The notes: a model not told the origin generated them from the sequence alone. A DNA stretch of 63,414 nt, filler included, from Bacteriovoracaceae bacterium (GCA_018649885.1; 7 parts of 7 records of this genome joined end to end with filler, not necessarily neighbours in it), one strand, 5' to 3'. Shown: positions 38,935 through 48,189, numbered from the whole stretch's first letter. Numbers and translations: made by a program.

Positions 38935-39071
38935 AATGTGCTGTGGGCGAACACCCATGAAAACTTTACTTGAGGGAAAACTGATTTGGGATGAAAAAAA
39001 TCTAACCCAAATCTAATCTAACAGGCACCCTAAAAATCTGGTAACAGCACGATCTAGTCTGAGCCATTACA
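38926..39071 (+). mobile_element. IS481-family remnant (transposase tail plus right end)
   Basis: MCCGRTPMKTLLEGKLIWDEKNLTQI* matches the recalled C-terminus of IS481-family (ISSod13/ISEc18-like) transposases. It is followed by ...GTCTGAGCCATTACA, giving the expected ACA end. Confidence 0.7.
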
Positions 39072-39091
39072 AATTAAATCAGATACTACCC

Positions 39092-39517
39092 TCATGAGTT
39101 AGAAATTTGCTCTTTAACTCTTTTAAGAAGTTGTTCGCCATGCTGCGACGGCATGAGATTTAGGTGCATAATCTCTTCGTCTAGTTTATTGAGTAAAGAG
39201 TTAAATGCTCTTGTATCGCCCCCCCCAAACTCCAAAACGGTCTGTTGACCGAAAACAAACATGCATATAATCGTTGCCTTATCAGTCAAACACGTCACCA
39301 ACTTTTGTTTATTTAGGTCAGCAGGGGATGAAGGTAGGCTCATGAGGTTATATTTAGCAGCTTGGACGTTTGACAACTCTTTATGTAGGTCGTCACGGTT
39401 AAGTTTAGTTAGCTTTGTAGCATAGCTACTTGCATCATCCTGTGATTGAATCTCAAGCTTAGGTTCGAGCGCAGATGTTATTACCCAATCGTTCTTTTTC
39501 TTGAAAAAATCGAACAT
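39092..39517 (-). CDS. Hypothetical protein
   Basis: GGAGG RBS; directly downstream of darG on the same strand. Confidence 0.7.
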   Translation of the reverse strand: MFDFFKKKNDWVITSALEPKLEIQSQDDASSYATKLTKLNRDDLHKELSNVQAAKYNLMSLPSSPADLNKQKLVTCLTDKATIICMFVFGQQTVLEFGGGDTRAFNSLLNKLDEEIMHLNLMPSQHGEQLLKRVKEQISNS

Positions 39518-39531
39518 TCCTAATCCTCCAA

Positions 39532-40236
39532 TTAAAATAGTGATCTTTGAATTGGTGTTGTTCTGTCAGTGTCAGCTATTGTATTAGTTGCGTAAATGAA
39601 AACCTTTTCTAGTGTTTTTAACCCAACGCCTTCTACATTTATTAATTGGCTTATTTGCACTATATCAGGATTTTGGATTGCATTAATAAGTTTTTCTACA
39701 TAGTTCTTTCTTATATTTGTTTCAGTCGAGATGACTTCAATGCTCTTTGAAAGCAGTTTTTCCTTTATTTGGTCAAATAAATCGTCTTTTGCACATTTGT
39801 CGTATTTATAAATTTCAATTTCAAGATCAATTTTATCTAAATAACTTCTCATAATACTCAAGCTGACTTCTTGAGAAATTCCCCCTTTGTCAGCACCCAG
39901 CAAAGGAAACGCTATTGCCTCAATACCTTTTTCTTTATAAGAATCGCAAAACTTTTCAAGACCAGTATATAAGTATTCTTTTTTAGAAGGGTATTTCCAG
40001 TGATTTTTTGTGGGAAAGTTCAACACCCATCTTTTATGTGATTTATATAACCACAACAAACCAGTCTCTATTTTATTGTCATTACATAGGCTTATATACT
40101 TCTCATGCATTTCTGGGTACCTAAGACGACATTCAAGAGCAATACCGGCACCCATAACTCCAACGCAATTAACGGTGTTCACAATGGTTTGGCATGAACT
40201 TGTGAAAAGGTTTCCAGTGATTACCTTAACGCTCAT
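39532..40236 (-). CDS. darG: Macro-domain antitoxin DarG-like with a C-terminal HhH motif
   Basis: GNLF...IVNTVNCVGVMGAGIA, LNFPTKNHWK, AFPLLG and VEGVGLKT. Adjacent to darT; GGAGG RBS before ATG 40236. Confidence 0.82.
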   Translation of the reverse strand: MSVKVITGNLFTSSCQTIVNTVNCVGVMGAGIALECRLRYPEMHEKYISLCNDNKIETGLLWLYKSHKRWVLNFPTKNHWKYPSKKEYLYTGLEKFCDSYKEKGIEAIAFPLLGADKGGISQEVSLSIMRSYLDKIDLEIEIYKYDKCAKDDLFDQIKEKLLSKSIEVISTETNIRKNYVEKLINAIQNPDIVQISQLINVEGVGLKTLEKVFIYATNTIADTDRTTPIQRSLF

Positions 40237-40297
40237 CTTTGACCTCCCTTCACTCAACTGACCTCAATTTATTCACCTCTTGCAAGAAATTTTAGAA

Positions 40298-41047
40298 TTA
40301 AAAATAAAGCTCAGGGCTTACTTGAACCTCGTGAATACTTGTTTCTATTAATTCAGATACTTTATTGGCAGTAGAAATATCCTTGCAGTGTATCCCTTTG
40401 ATATATGAACTGGATATACTTTTAAAAACCAAACATTCACTCATCATCATAGATTTTTGCTCCACATTAATAACACCACTACCAATCTCTGCCCATGTTC
40501 TACTGCAAATCTTATCCCAATCAAACGAGGCGGCTTTAATTTTGCAACGAGTGAGGGATGAATCCCATCTTGCAGCATTTCCTTGACTGAATACCGTATA
40601 GTCTTTTTTTACAATTTCTCTATTGATTTCTAAGATAATAATTTTCCCATTAAATTGTTTGCACGTCTGGTACAACATTGCATTTCTTGAGTTGAAATAT
40701 AACGGCACGTATTCATGCAGACTACCAAAAGATTTCCTTTCTCTCTCTCTTCGCTTATTAACTTTTAGATTGCTTATATCTTTATAACCTGATGCGTCGT
40801 TATGGCATTTCAGGCCCTGACTTAAGATAGGTTTTAAGTTTAAAATATGCGTTAAATGATAGAGTCTAAAATCAAAACGCTTAATTATACCAGACACAAT
40901 AGGGTTAATTTTTTTGTCTAATAGAGCTTTATTCCACCCAATATATTTTTCACCATTATCGGTAAACAAATAGCCCCCATATTTATGTCCTTCATCTGTC
41001 AATTCGTAGGATTTGTTTCTTCTCGTAGGTTTTGTAATTAAATTCAA
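40298..41047 (-). CDS. darT: DarT (DUF4433) DNA ADP-ribosyltransferase toxin, possibly 5'-truncated
   Basis: Motifs LYHLTHILNLKPILSQGL, LHEYVPLYFNSRNAMLY, FSQGNAA and MSECLV (catalytic Glu). Confidence 0.85.
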   Translation of the reverse strand: MNLITKPTRRNKSYELTDEGHKYGGYLFTDNGEKYIGWNKALLDKKINPIVSGIIKRFDFRLYHLTHILNLKPILSQGLKCHNDASGYKDISNLKVNKRRERERKSFGSLHEYVPLYFNSRNAMLYQTCKQFNGKIIILEINREIVKKDYTVFSQGNAARWDSSLTRCKIKAASFDWDKICSRTWAEIGSGVINVEQKSMMMSECLVFKSISSSYIKGIHCKDISTANKVSELIETSIHEVQVSPELYF

Positions 41048-41062
41048 ATCTGTTAAATAATC

Positions 41063-41202
41063 TGTATGTCGTCAAATGAATGTGGACCAAAGTTGCAAAT
41101 TTCTAAGAGATACCTATCTGCCTGAAGGGGTCTTTCTTTAACCTATGGAGTTGTGAAAAATGATTCTCATTTTTACACAGGCTCCACAGGTTCTACAACA
41201 GC
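41063..41202. mobile_element. Possible IS end abutting darT
   Basis: Begins with TGT exactly where the darT frame stops looking protein-like. Contains the imperfect palindrome TGGAG-TTGTGAAAAATGA..TCATTTTTACAC-AGGCTCCA. The contig ends inside it. Confidence 0.35.
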
Positions 41203-41302
41203 NNNNNNNNNNNNNNNNNNNNNNNNNNNNNNNNNNNNNNNNNNNNTTAATTAATTAANNNNNNNNNNNNNNNNNNNNNNNNNNNNNNNNNNNNNNNNNN
41301 NN
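41203..41302. other. Artificial contig linker
   Basis: N-TTAATTAATTAA-N. Confidence 0.99.
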
Positions 41303-41558
41303 CAATCCTTTTGAGCCTCGTTAGTCATTTATAAACAAATCTTAGATACTAGTTATGCATGTGTACTTGACCTAGGAGATACAAGCAAATGATTTAGTTC
41401 TTGAGAATTTCATGACACACATCAGTGCGCACAGCAGCCCACCAGAAACACCTTTCAGATCTCAATAATTTCCATTTATTACTTGAGTAATTTACAAAAC
41501 ATGCCGAAAAGAAGCATAGCACAAAGGCGACAACGCGCTCTATTAAGGGGATATTGTA

Positions 41559-42002
41559 GTGGATAAAAATGAACAGTTTGAAGCATTAGGTGGGAGAAAA
41601 ATTCTCGAAGTCGTGGCCAAAGAATTCTACGACAGGCTTTATGAGCATCCCTGGCTTTCAAAATTTTTCGAAGAAATTCCCCAAGAAAGAATTGAAAAGC
41701 AACAAGTTGATTTTATGCAAGCAGCACTTGGTGGCCCCAATGTTTACTGTGGATCACTCCCAATCCCTGCTCATCAACACATATATATTGATGAAGAAAT
41801 GTTTGATTTAAGGCAAGTTATTCTTATTGAAGCATTGAAAAAGTGTGGAAGTTCCACAGAGCTTATAGACAAGTGGCTAAAAATCGATAGTTCATTTAAA
41901 TCTAGAATTGTAAAATCATCGATCGCCGAATGTGAGAAAAGATTTTTCACCGACAACATACTGGCCTTCCCCAATCCCAAGGATCAAAGGAAAGCTGCTT
42001 AA
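41559..42002 (+). CDS. Group I truncated hemoglobin
   Basis: FEALGG...FYDRL...FF...QVDFMQAALGGPNVYCG...AHQHIYI. Confidence 0.9.
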   Translation: MDKNEQFEALGGRKILEVVAKEFYDRLYEHPWLSKFFEEIPQERIEKQQVDFMQAALGGPNVYCGSLPIPAHQHIYIDEEMFDLRQVILIEALKKCGSSTELIDKWLKIDSSFKSRIVKSSIAECEKRFFTDNILAFPNPKDQRKAA

Positions 42003-42023
42003 CTATTGCAATAAGCATTATCT

Positions 42024-42683
42024 ATGATAGCTTGTGACCCAATGAAAAGTGTAAGCGTTTTCCAATATTCAAAAAATGAAGAAATCATTAACTGGACCTC
42101 CCATAGCATTGGGATTGTTTTTGGTTTTTTTGCACTCGTTTCTCTGCTTGTAAAAAGCAGCCCTCATTTTGCTTTGGATTTAACGATTGGTCACATCGTG
42201 TATGGGCTAAGCTTTATTGCGCTTTTTACAGCATCTACTTGCTATCATTTTACAAAAGATAGCGCGAGAAAAGCAGCTCTAAAAAAGCTTGATCACGTTT
42301 GTATTTATATTTATATTGCCGGTTGCTACACACCATTTGTACTTCATCACTATCAAGGTAGTGGTAAATTTTGGTTCTTAGCATTTGTTTGGATGCTGGC
42401 AAGCCTGGGAGTAATGTACAAACTTTTTTCTAAATCAAAGAATATTTTTATTTCTGTTGGCACCTATCTGGGTCTTGGGTACTCATGCTTTGCTGTTAAG
42501 GACACCCTGCTAGATAATCTTAGCCCCGAATCTTTTCAGTGGCTGCTCTATGGAGGCATCTGCTACACAATTGGTGTTCTTTTTTATATTCAAAAGAAGA
42601 TGCCTTTTCACCACGCTCTTTGGCACATATTTGTACTGGGCGGTACTACAATGCACTACTTTTCTCTTCGCATGAGTTTTTGA
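42024..42683 (+). CDS. Hemolysin III/PAQR family membrane protein
   Basis: Motifs EEIINWTSH, STCYH, LDHVCIYIYIAGCYTPF and HALWHIFVLGG. Confidence 0.93.
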   Translation: MIACDPMKSVSVFQYSKNEEIINWTSHSIGIVFGFFALVSLLVKSSPHFALDLTIGHIVYGLSFIALFTASTCYHFTKDSARKAALKKLDHVCIYIYIAGCYTPFVLHHYQGSGKFWFLAFVWMLASLGVMYKLFSKSKNIFISVGTYLGLGYSCFAVKDTLLDNLSPESFQWLLYGGICYTIGVLFYIQKKMPFHHALWHIFVLGGTTMHYFSLRMSF

Positions 42684-42690
42684 TTTCAAA

Positions 42691-43425
42691 CTATCTGAAG
42701 ATAAACTGCCTACTCACACCTTCCCCATACTTAATACTCAAATTATCTTTTCGAGCAGGCATACTAGTATGAAGAACTAAGCCAACTTGCCTTGTCTCAA
42801 AAGAAGCACTGGAGTCTGAAAGTATGTATTCATAAACTGCACTCTTTGAAACCAATACGAGGTAGGATCTAATACCGAGATCATTTGCATTTTCATATTT
42901 ATTTCTTATTAATTTTTCAATAGAGTTTAAGTACTCACTATCAGAAATGCCATCTGCCCTTATTTGAATCAGAAAACGAGTGAATCCATTTTGCCAATTG
43001 GCTTCGCTTTGAAGTACATCATAGGCTTCTTCAAACTGTGCATTCCCACTCCACTTCTGTGGAACAAGGCTTTTACTTTTTCCCTTTTCAAAGTATTCCC
43101 AATGAAGCTTTTGATAACTAGAGCCATGTGGCTTTTTTCTTAACTCACGATACCTCTTCTCACTTTCATAGGTAACAAGTGCAAGCTCATCGGGAATAAA
43201 AGAAGGCTTATCCCTCTTTGGCAGAACAGGGAGGTATGAAATCAGCCCGTCATTCTTTCCCTGCTCTACTGTTTTGGGTATGAAAATTTCATTGAGTCCA
43301 TCTAAAAATTTACTTTCACCTATGCTGACCTCCATAAACCCTCTCCAAAATCGGTAATAAGGAGTGGCTGAATAAGCGTTGACACAAAAACTACTAAGCA
43401 AGATCATTTTAACTAAGGTTTTCAT
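42691..43425 (-). CDS. Hypothetical secreted protein
   Basis: Signal peptide (..VNAYSA); 1-nt overlap with the DJ-1 gene. Confidence 0.7.
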   Translation of the reverse strand: MKTLVKMILLSSFCVNAYSATPYYRFWRGFMEVSIGESKFLDGLNEIFIPKTVEQGKNDGLISYLPVLPKRDKPSFIPDELALVTYESEKRYRELRKKPHGSSYQKLHWEYFEKGKSKSLVPQKWSGNAQFEEAYDVLQSEANWQNGFTRFLIQIRADGISDSEYLNSIEKLIRNKYENANDLGIRSYLVLVSKSAVYEYILSDSSASFETRQVGLVLHTSMPARKDNLSIKYGEGVSRQFIFR

Positions 43426-44075
43426 TATTTCTTTCCTTTTAATGCTTTATTTAAAACTTTAACAACACTCTTTCCAAAAAGCTCTGAAGATATGGGGTCT
43501 CTTCCAGTAATAAGTTTTTTATCAATCACAACATAGGGTTTTCCCTTTTCTCCAGCATAGTAATCAACTTTTCCCAAGTTTTTAAGTAGCGCCACAACTC
43601 TCTTGTAACCTGTTACTTTTCTTCCTGCGGCCAAAGGCTTTCCAGCTCCATCCAAGTTCCCCGCCACACCTAAGAGCCCAGTCGAAGAGCACAGAAGTGC
43701 TACTACTAAATCATTTTTCATGGCATCCTCCAGAATTTTATGAACAGTCTCGTTGGGAAAGAAATCTTCCCAAGCCCCGTTGCCTCCTGCAAAAACAAGA
43801 GCGTCGTATTCACTAATATTGACCTGATCAAAAGTTAAATCAACTTTTACTGGCCGGTACTGGGTATTTCTCCTATCTGGCTTAATGAGGCCTTTGTATT
43901 TGCCAGCTACTTTAATTTCAAAACCTTGTTTTTCAAAAAGAGCTCTAGGCTTGTAGTACTCAGGCGCCCAAAATCCTTCAGATATCATCATCAGTACCTT
44001 GCCAGGTTTCGCTGATGCAGAAAAAGAAGCTAGTATGCTAAGGGCAATCGTAATTATCATAAGTGTGTGTTTCAT
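43425..44075 (-). CDS. DJ-1/PfpI family protein with a signal peptide
   Basis: EGFWAPEY, YDALVFAGGNG, ALLCSS (nucleophile Cys) and VIDKKLITGRDP. AGGAG RBS. Confidence 0.9.
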   Translation of the reverse strand: MKHTLMIITIALSILASFSASAKPGKVLMMISEGFWAPEYYKPRALFEKQGFEIKVAGKYKGLIKPDRRNTQYRPVKVDLTFDQVNISEYDALVFAGGNGAWEDFFPNETVHKILEDAMKNDLVVALLCSSTGLLGVAGNLDGAGKPLAAGRKVTGYKRVVALLKNLGKVDYYAGEKGKPYVVIDKKLITGRDPISSELFGKSVVKVLNKALKGKK

Positions 44076-44194
44076 TATTATTCTCCTGTTCAAGTTTGTG
44101 TATTTAACATAGCGCAGCGATTGACATTAGTGAAATTATCAATTAAAATATAATCCATTAATTTTACTTATCATAAATCAGGTAACGTATTGAA

Positions 44195-45121
44195 ATGTTA
44201 GATATAAATACTTCATTTTTCACAAGATTTGACCGTTCTACCTTCAGGGCGTTCTATGCAGTTGCCAGAGAGCTTAATTTCACACGGGCAGCTGAACAAA
44301 TGGGGGCCACTCAGTCAGGGGTCAGCCAACACATTCAAAAGCTTGAAAAAGAGTTGGGAGTCAGTCTCTTTATAAGAAGAAAAAGAAATGTGTTGATCAC
44401 TGAAGCGGGCCTTGTACTAAAAGGATTTATTGAAGGCCTAATAGACCAAGAGCAAAGTGTTATTGAGAAAATGAAGCATCACCTGGTTAGTCTTTCAGGA
44501 ACAACAAGGTATTCAATGCCAGCAAGTTGTTTGATGTCTCCACATTTTTCTATGATGCTTTCCGAGAAAAAGGATCATTTTAGTGAGTTAGATTTAGAAA
44601 TAGTAATTTGCCATTCAGATTTAGTCCAAACGAATGTTTTGGATATGAAGGTTGATTTTGGATTTATAACAACAAATGTGATTTGTGCAGGTCTCGGAAA
44701 AATAAAATTTTGTGAAGAAGAATATGTTCTCATTGCCCCTAATAGTTTTAAAATAGATAAGCAATTTTCGAAGACACCCTTTATATGGCATCCAGACTTT
44801 GAATCCCTTTATGAAGTTTGGCATCAAAGCCAATTTCCTAAAACCAAATATGTAAACACAAAGACATTAAATTATGCTGGCAGGATTAATTCAGTACAAG
44901 GTGCTCTTGATATGGTTAGGGGTGGTGTTGGTGCTACGGTTATGCCAAGACATTGCATTGAAAAGTACCTGGAGAGAAGTGATTATAAAATCCCATCTGG
45001 CTTCAAGAGTATTTCAGGAGATATAAATATTATTTTTTTAAAAGATAGAGTTCTTCCTAAGCGGGTTACGACGCTAATTAATACATTTCTATCGTTTTAT
45101 GGGAAAGAGCTTCCGGAGTGA
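44195..45121 (+). CDS. LysR-family transcriptional regulator
   Basis: FYAVARELNFTRAAEQMGATQSGVSQHIQKLEKELGVSLF; divergent from the DJ-1 operon. Confidence 0.95.
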   Translation: MLDINTSFFTRFDRSTFRAFYAVARELNFTRAAEQMGATQSGVSQHIQKLEKELGVSLFIRRKRNVLITEAGLVLKGFIEGLIDQEQSVIEKMKHHLVSLSGTTRYSMPASCLMSPHFSMMLSEKKDHFSELDLEIVICHSDLVQTNVLDMKVDFGFITTNVICAGLGKIKFCEEEYVLIAPNSFKIDKQFSKTPFIWHPDFESLYEVWHQSQFPKTKYVNTKTLNYAGRINSVQGALDMVRGGVGATVMPRHCIEKYLERSDYKIPSGFKSISGDINIIFLKDRVLPKRVTTLINTFLSFYGKELPE

Positions 45122-45377
45122 TTAACAAATAAATTCCCCAAACGATATTTCATTTTTTTCCTTTGCTTTTTTCCTTGCCCTTACCTTTATACCTCGCCGT
45201 CGCCCTCGCCAGTCAGTACATATTTATTGAGTTGTCTTGAACTTTCCGAGACATACTTTACTATTTATTAGCGACACATACTTTACACTATGTGTTTTTC
45301 TTAACTACTCGGAAGTTAAAGGGGCTTTCTCCCGATGTGAATTTATATTCTATATCGTCAATAAATCCTAATTCATA

Positions 45378-45477
45378 NNNNNNNNNNNNNNNNNNNNNNN
45401 NNNNNNNNNNNNNNNNNNNNNTTAATTAATTAANNNNNNNNNNNNNNNNNNNNNNNNNNNNNNNNNNNNNNNNNNNN
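45378..45477. other. Artificial contig linker
   Basis: N-TTAATTAATTAA-N. Confidence 0.99.
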
Positions 45478-45594
45478 CTCCTTTAAAATTAAGAAGAAGA
45501 GAATCTAAATGATTGAAAAGAGGAATTTAATTTAACCACGGGGTGGGTGATAATTCGGCCGTTACAGTGGATGACTTTTCAACTGCAAAAACCA
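45478..45594 (-). mobile_element. 117-bp inverted repeat, left copy (IS21-like end)
   Basis: Exact reverse complement of 47955-48071. Confidence 0.85.
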
Positions 45595-45651
45595 ATATTG
45601 ACATAATTTCAGGTAATTTCAGGTAATTACGTGACACTGAGGACTATGTGT

Positions 45652-45692
45652 ATGCTACTATAGTTCACCTTTTGTGTGAACTATGGTAGCAT
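45652..45692 (+). promoter_or_regulatory. Palindromic operator upstream of abiEi
   Basis: ATGCTACTATAGTTCAC-7 nt-GTGAACTATGGTAGCAT (16/17 match), ending 9 nt before the ATG. AbiEi antitoxins are known to autorepress through promoter inverted repeats. Confidence 0.7.
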
Positions 45693-45701
45693 GTATGTAT
45701 T

Positions 45702-46517
45702 ATGACTAATCGTATTGCTTTAGGAATTGGAAAGTTAAATAGGAATCGGCTATCTCAGGTTCTTAGGAAAAGCAGTGGCATTTTTGATGTCAAAGAAGTT
45801 GCTTGTTGGCTAGGTATTACTAGTGTGGAGGCTTCAAAAATCTTATCTTATTGGTCAAAGAATGGATGGGTCAAGAGACTAAAGAGGGGTCTATATATTC
45901 CTGTACCTTTAGAATCTAGCAATGGAGATATTGCAGTTGAAGAACCCTGGGTTTTGGCAGAGAAGTTATTCAGACCCTGCTACATTGGGGGTTGGAGCGC
46001 ATCTGAATATTTAGACTTAACGGAACAGATCTACGGCACAGTAATGATTTTTACTGCTAGCAACATTAAGCAAAAGGAAGTAAATATCGCGGGAGTCAAA
46101 TTCTACTGTAAGCGAGTTTCTGCGGATAAAATTTGGGGTACAAAAACCGAATGGAGAGGAAAGATCAAAGTATTGATTTCAGATAAAGAAAGAACTATCG
46201 TTGACATGCTTTCCGATCCTAAAGTAGGCGGTGGTATTCGCCCTGTTTTAGATGTTTTAACAGAGTATTGGGAAAGTGAAGACAGAAATATAGACAAAAT
46301 AAAAGAGTATGCAAGGAAACTTGAAAACGGTGTTATTTTTAAAAGGTTGGGATTTTTACTTGAGATGAATTTTCCAAAAGAAATCGAACTTTTAGAATAT
46401 TGCAAACAAAATATTTCAAAAGGAAACTCTAAATTAGACTCTTCCTTATATTGTAACAAATTGTCATCGAAGTGGAATCTTTGGGTGCCTGAGAATTGGA
46501 AGGTTGAAAAAAAATGA
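45702..46517 (+). CDS. abiEi: Type IV TA antitoxin AbiEi (wHTH)
   Basis: GWVKRLKRGLY, YIGGWSA...LTEQ, ISDKERTIVDML..P..GGGI and KRLGFLLE. Confidence 0.88.
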   Translation: MTNRIALGIGKLNRNRLSQVLRKSSGIFDVKEVACWLGITSVEASKILSYWSKNGWVKRLKRGLYIPVPLESSNGDIAVEEPWVLAEKLFRPCYIGGWSASEYLDLTEQIYGTVMIFTASNIKQKEVNIAGVKFYCKRVSADKIWGTKTEWRGKIKVLISDKERTIVDMLSDPKVGGGIRPVLDVLTEYWESEDRNIDKIKEYARKLENGVIFKRLGFLLEMNFPKEIELLEYCKQNISKGNSKLDSSLYCNKLSSKWNLWVPENWKVEKK

Positions 46518-47692
46518 TAGATAAAAATGAAATTATGGAAGTTTCACAAGCAGTTAACCTGCGCGCGGATGTCGTCGAAAAAGACTATATCCTGAGTTGG
46601 TTGTTAGCAGGTATAAACTGGCACAAGGATTTAAAAACCAAATGGATTTTCAAAGGTGGAACTTGCCTCAAAAAGTGTTACTTTGAGACTTATAGATTCT
46701 CTGAGGATTTAGATTTTACTGTTACAGATATAACTCACTTAAATCCTGAATACTTGAAAGAGAAATTTATAGAAATTGCTGAAATGTTGTACGAAGAGTC
46801 AGGCATCAAATGTCCTGAGGAATTAATCACTTTTAAACTCAAAAAGAATAAAAAAGGAAACCCAACAATTGAAGGTAAGGTGGGATATATTGGCCCAATG
46901 CTAAGGACAGTGAGAAGTATTGCTAAAATTAAGCTTGATTTAACAAATGATGAAATTGTTGTTTTAGAGCCTGCCCACCAGAAGCTCTACCATCCTTATA
47001 CAGATGATCCGATTAATGGAATTTCAGTTCGCTGTTATGGATATGAGGAGGTTTTTGCTGAAAAAACTAGAGCTTTGGCCGAGAGAGCACGACCACGAGA
47101 CCTGTATGACGTGATTCATCTTTTTAGAAATAATTCTCATGCAGTAAATAAAAGTTTGTTATTGTCTACTCTTAAGAAAAAATGTGACTTTAAACAAATA
47201 GCAGTACCGACATATGAATCAATACAAAAACATAAGAAATATGGAGAACTTGAAAGTGAATGGGAGAATATGCTCTCACATCAACTTCCTCTTTTACCAA
47301 GCCTAGAGCATTTCATGGGAGAATTACCAGATTTCTTCGAGTGGCTGCATTCTACTAAAGAACCTGTAATTCTTCCAGAGACAGGTCTAAAATCGGGAGA
47401 AGAAAAGTGGCAACCGGGACGAATTAGAACCTATGGAGACTTAGATCAAAGTGTTCAAAAAATTAAATTTGCAGCAGCGAACAGAGTATGTATAAGGCTC
47501 ACATACTCTAGGAAAGTCAGAACAATTGAACCTTATTCTTTTAGAAGAAGTCGTGATGGTGCGAGATTGTTCTATGGTTGGCATCAAGAGGCAGGGCAGA
47601 TTAAATGTTTTAGAATTGACCGTTTCGAGGCACTTGAAGTTACAAATATATCCTATACTCCTAGGTTTCATGTTGAGATTTCATCTAATTAA
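46514..47692 (+). CDS. abiEii: AbiEii nucleotidyltransferase toxin with a C-terminal WYL domain
   Basis: VEKDYIL, FKGGTCLKK, RFSEDLDF, AEKTRA and RPRDLYD. C-terminal LTY..RTIEPYS..LFYGW..IKCFRIDR is WYL-like. Confidence 0.9.
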   Translation: MIDKNEIMEVSQAVNLRADVVEKDYILSWLLAGINWHKDLKTKWIFKGGTCLKKCYFETYRFSEDLDFTVTDITHLNPEYLKEKFIEIAEMLYEESGIKCPEELITFKLKKNKKGNPTIEGKVGYIGPMLRTVRSIAKIKLDLTNDEIVVLEPAHQKLYHPYTDDPINGISVRCYGYEEVFAEKTRALAERARPRDLYDVIHLFRNNSHAVNKSLLLSTLKKKCDFKQIAVPTYESIQKHKKYGELESEWENMLSHQLPLLPSLEHFMGELPDFFEWLHSTKEPVILPETGLKSGEEKWQPGRIRTYGDLDQSVQKIKFAAANRVCIRLTYSRKVRTIEPYSFRRSRDGARLFYGWHQEAGQIKCFRIDRFEALEVTNISYTPRFHVEISSN

Positions 47693-47954
47693 GGAGGAAG
47701 TGCTCTTTTCGTGAGGTCGGTTTTTTTGGATAAAATAAATTGGGATAGAAAACAAGTTAGTTAAATGAATGGCCGCATTAACAAAAATTACGATATAATT
47801 GAAATTGGCTAAATCGTGACAACAAATAATTAAAAACTGGCAGGATTGGCAAAATTTTAGAATTTAAATAAGGTCTATATGGGTGCAATTTCATTAGATT
47901 TCTACGAAGACGAATTGTGTGAGACAGAGAATTTGGTGCAGTCTTATGCCTATA

Positions 47955-48089
47955 TGGTTTTTGCAGTTGAAAAGTCATCCACTGTAACGGCCGAATTATC
48001 ACCCACCCCGTGGTTAAATTAAATTCCTCTTTTCAATCATTTAGATTCTCTTCTTCTTAATTTTAAAGGAGCAGGGGGCAATGCCCCTA
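47955..48089 (+). mobile_element. Inverted repeat, right copy (IS21-like left end, cut by the contig edge)
   Basis: Starts with TG and has internal imperfect repeats GAAAAGTCATCCAC / GAATTATCACCCAC. An AAGGAG RBS and ATG at 48081 run into the contig end. Confidence 0.75.
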
Positions 48090-48189
48090 NNNNNNNNNNN
48101 NNNNNNNNNNNNNNNNNNNNNNNNNNNNNNNNNTTAATTAATTAANNNNNNNNNNNNNNNNNNNNNNNNNNNNNNNNNNNNNNNNNNNN
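48090..48189. other. Artificial contig linker
   Basis: N-TTAATTAATTAA-N. Confidence 0.99.

Noticed and set aside
38822..39016. Single intact 64-aa gene
   Set aside because: Better explained as a nuclease fragment fused to an IS481 tail.
47778..48002. 74-aa ORF
   Set aside because: It starts inside the inverted repeat, has no motif and uses a non-ATG start.
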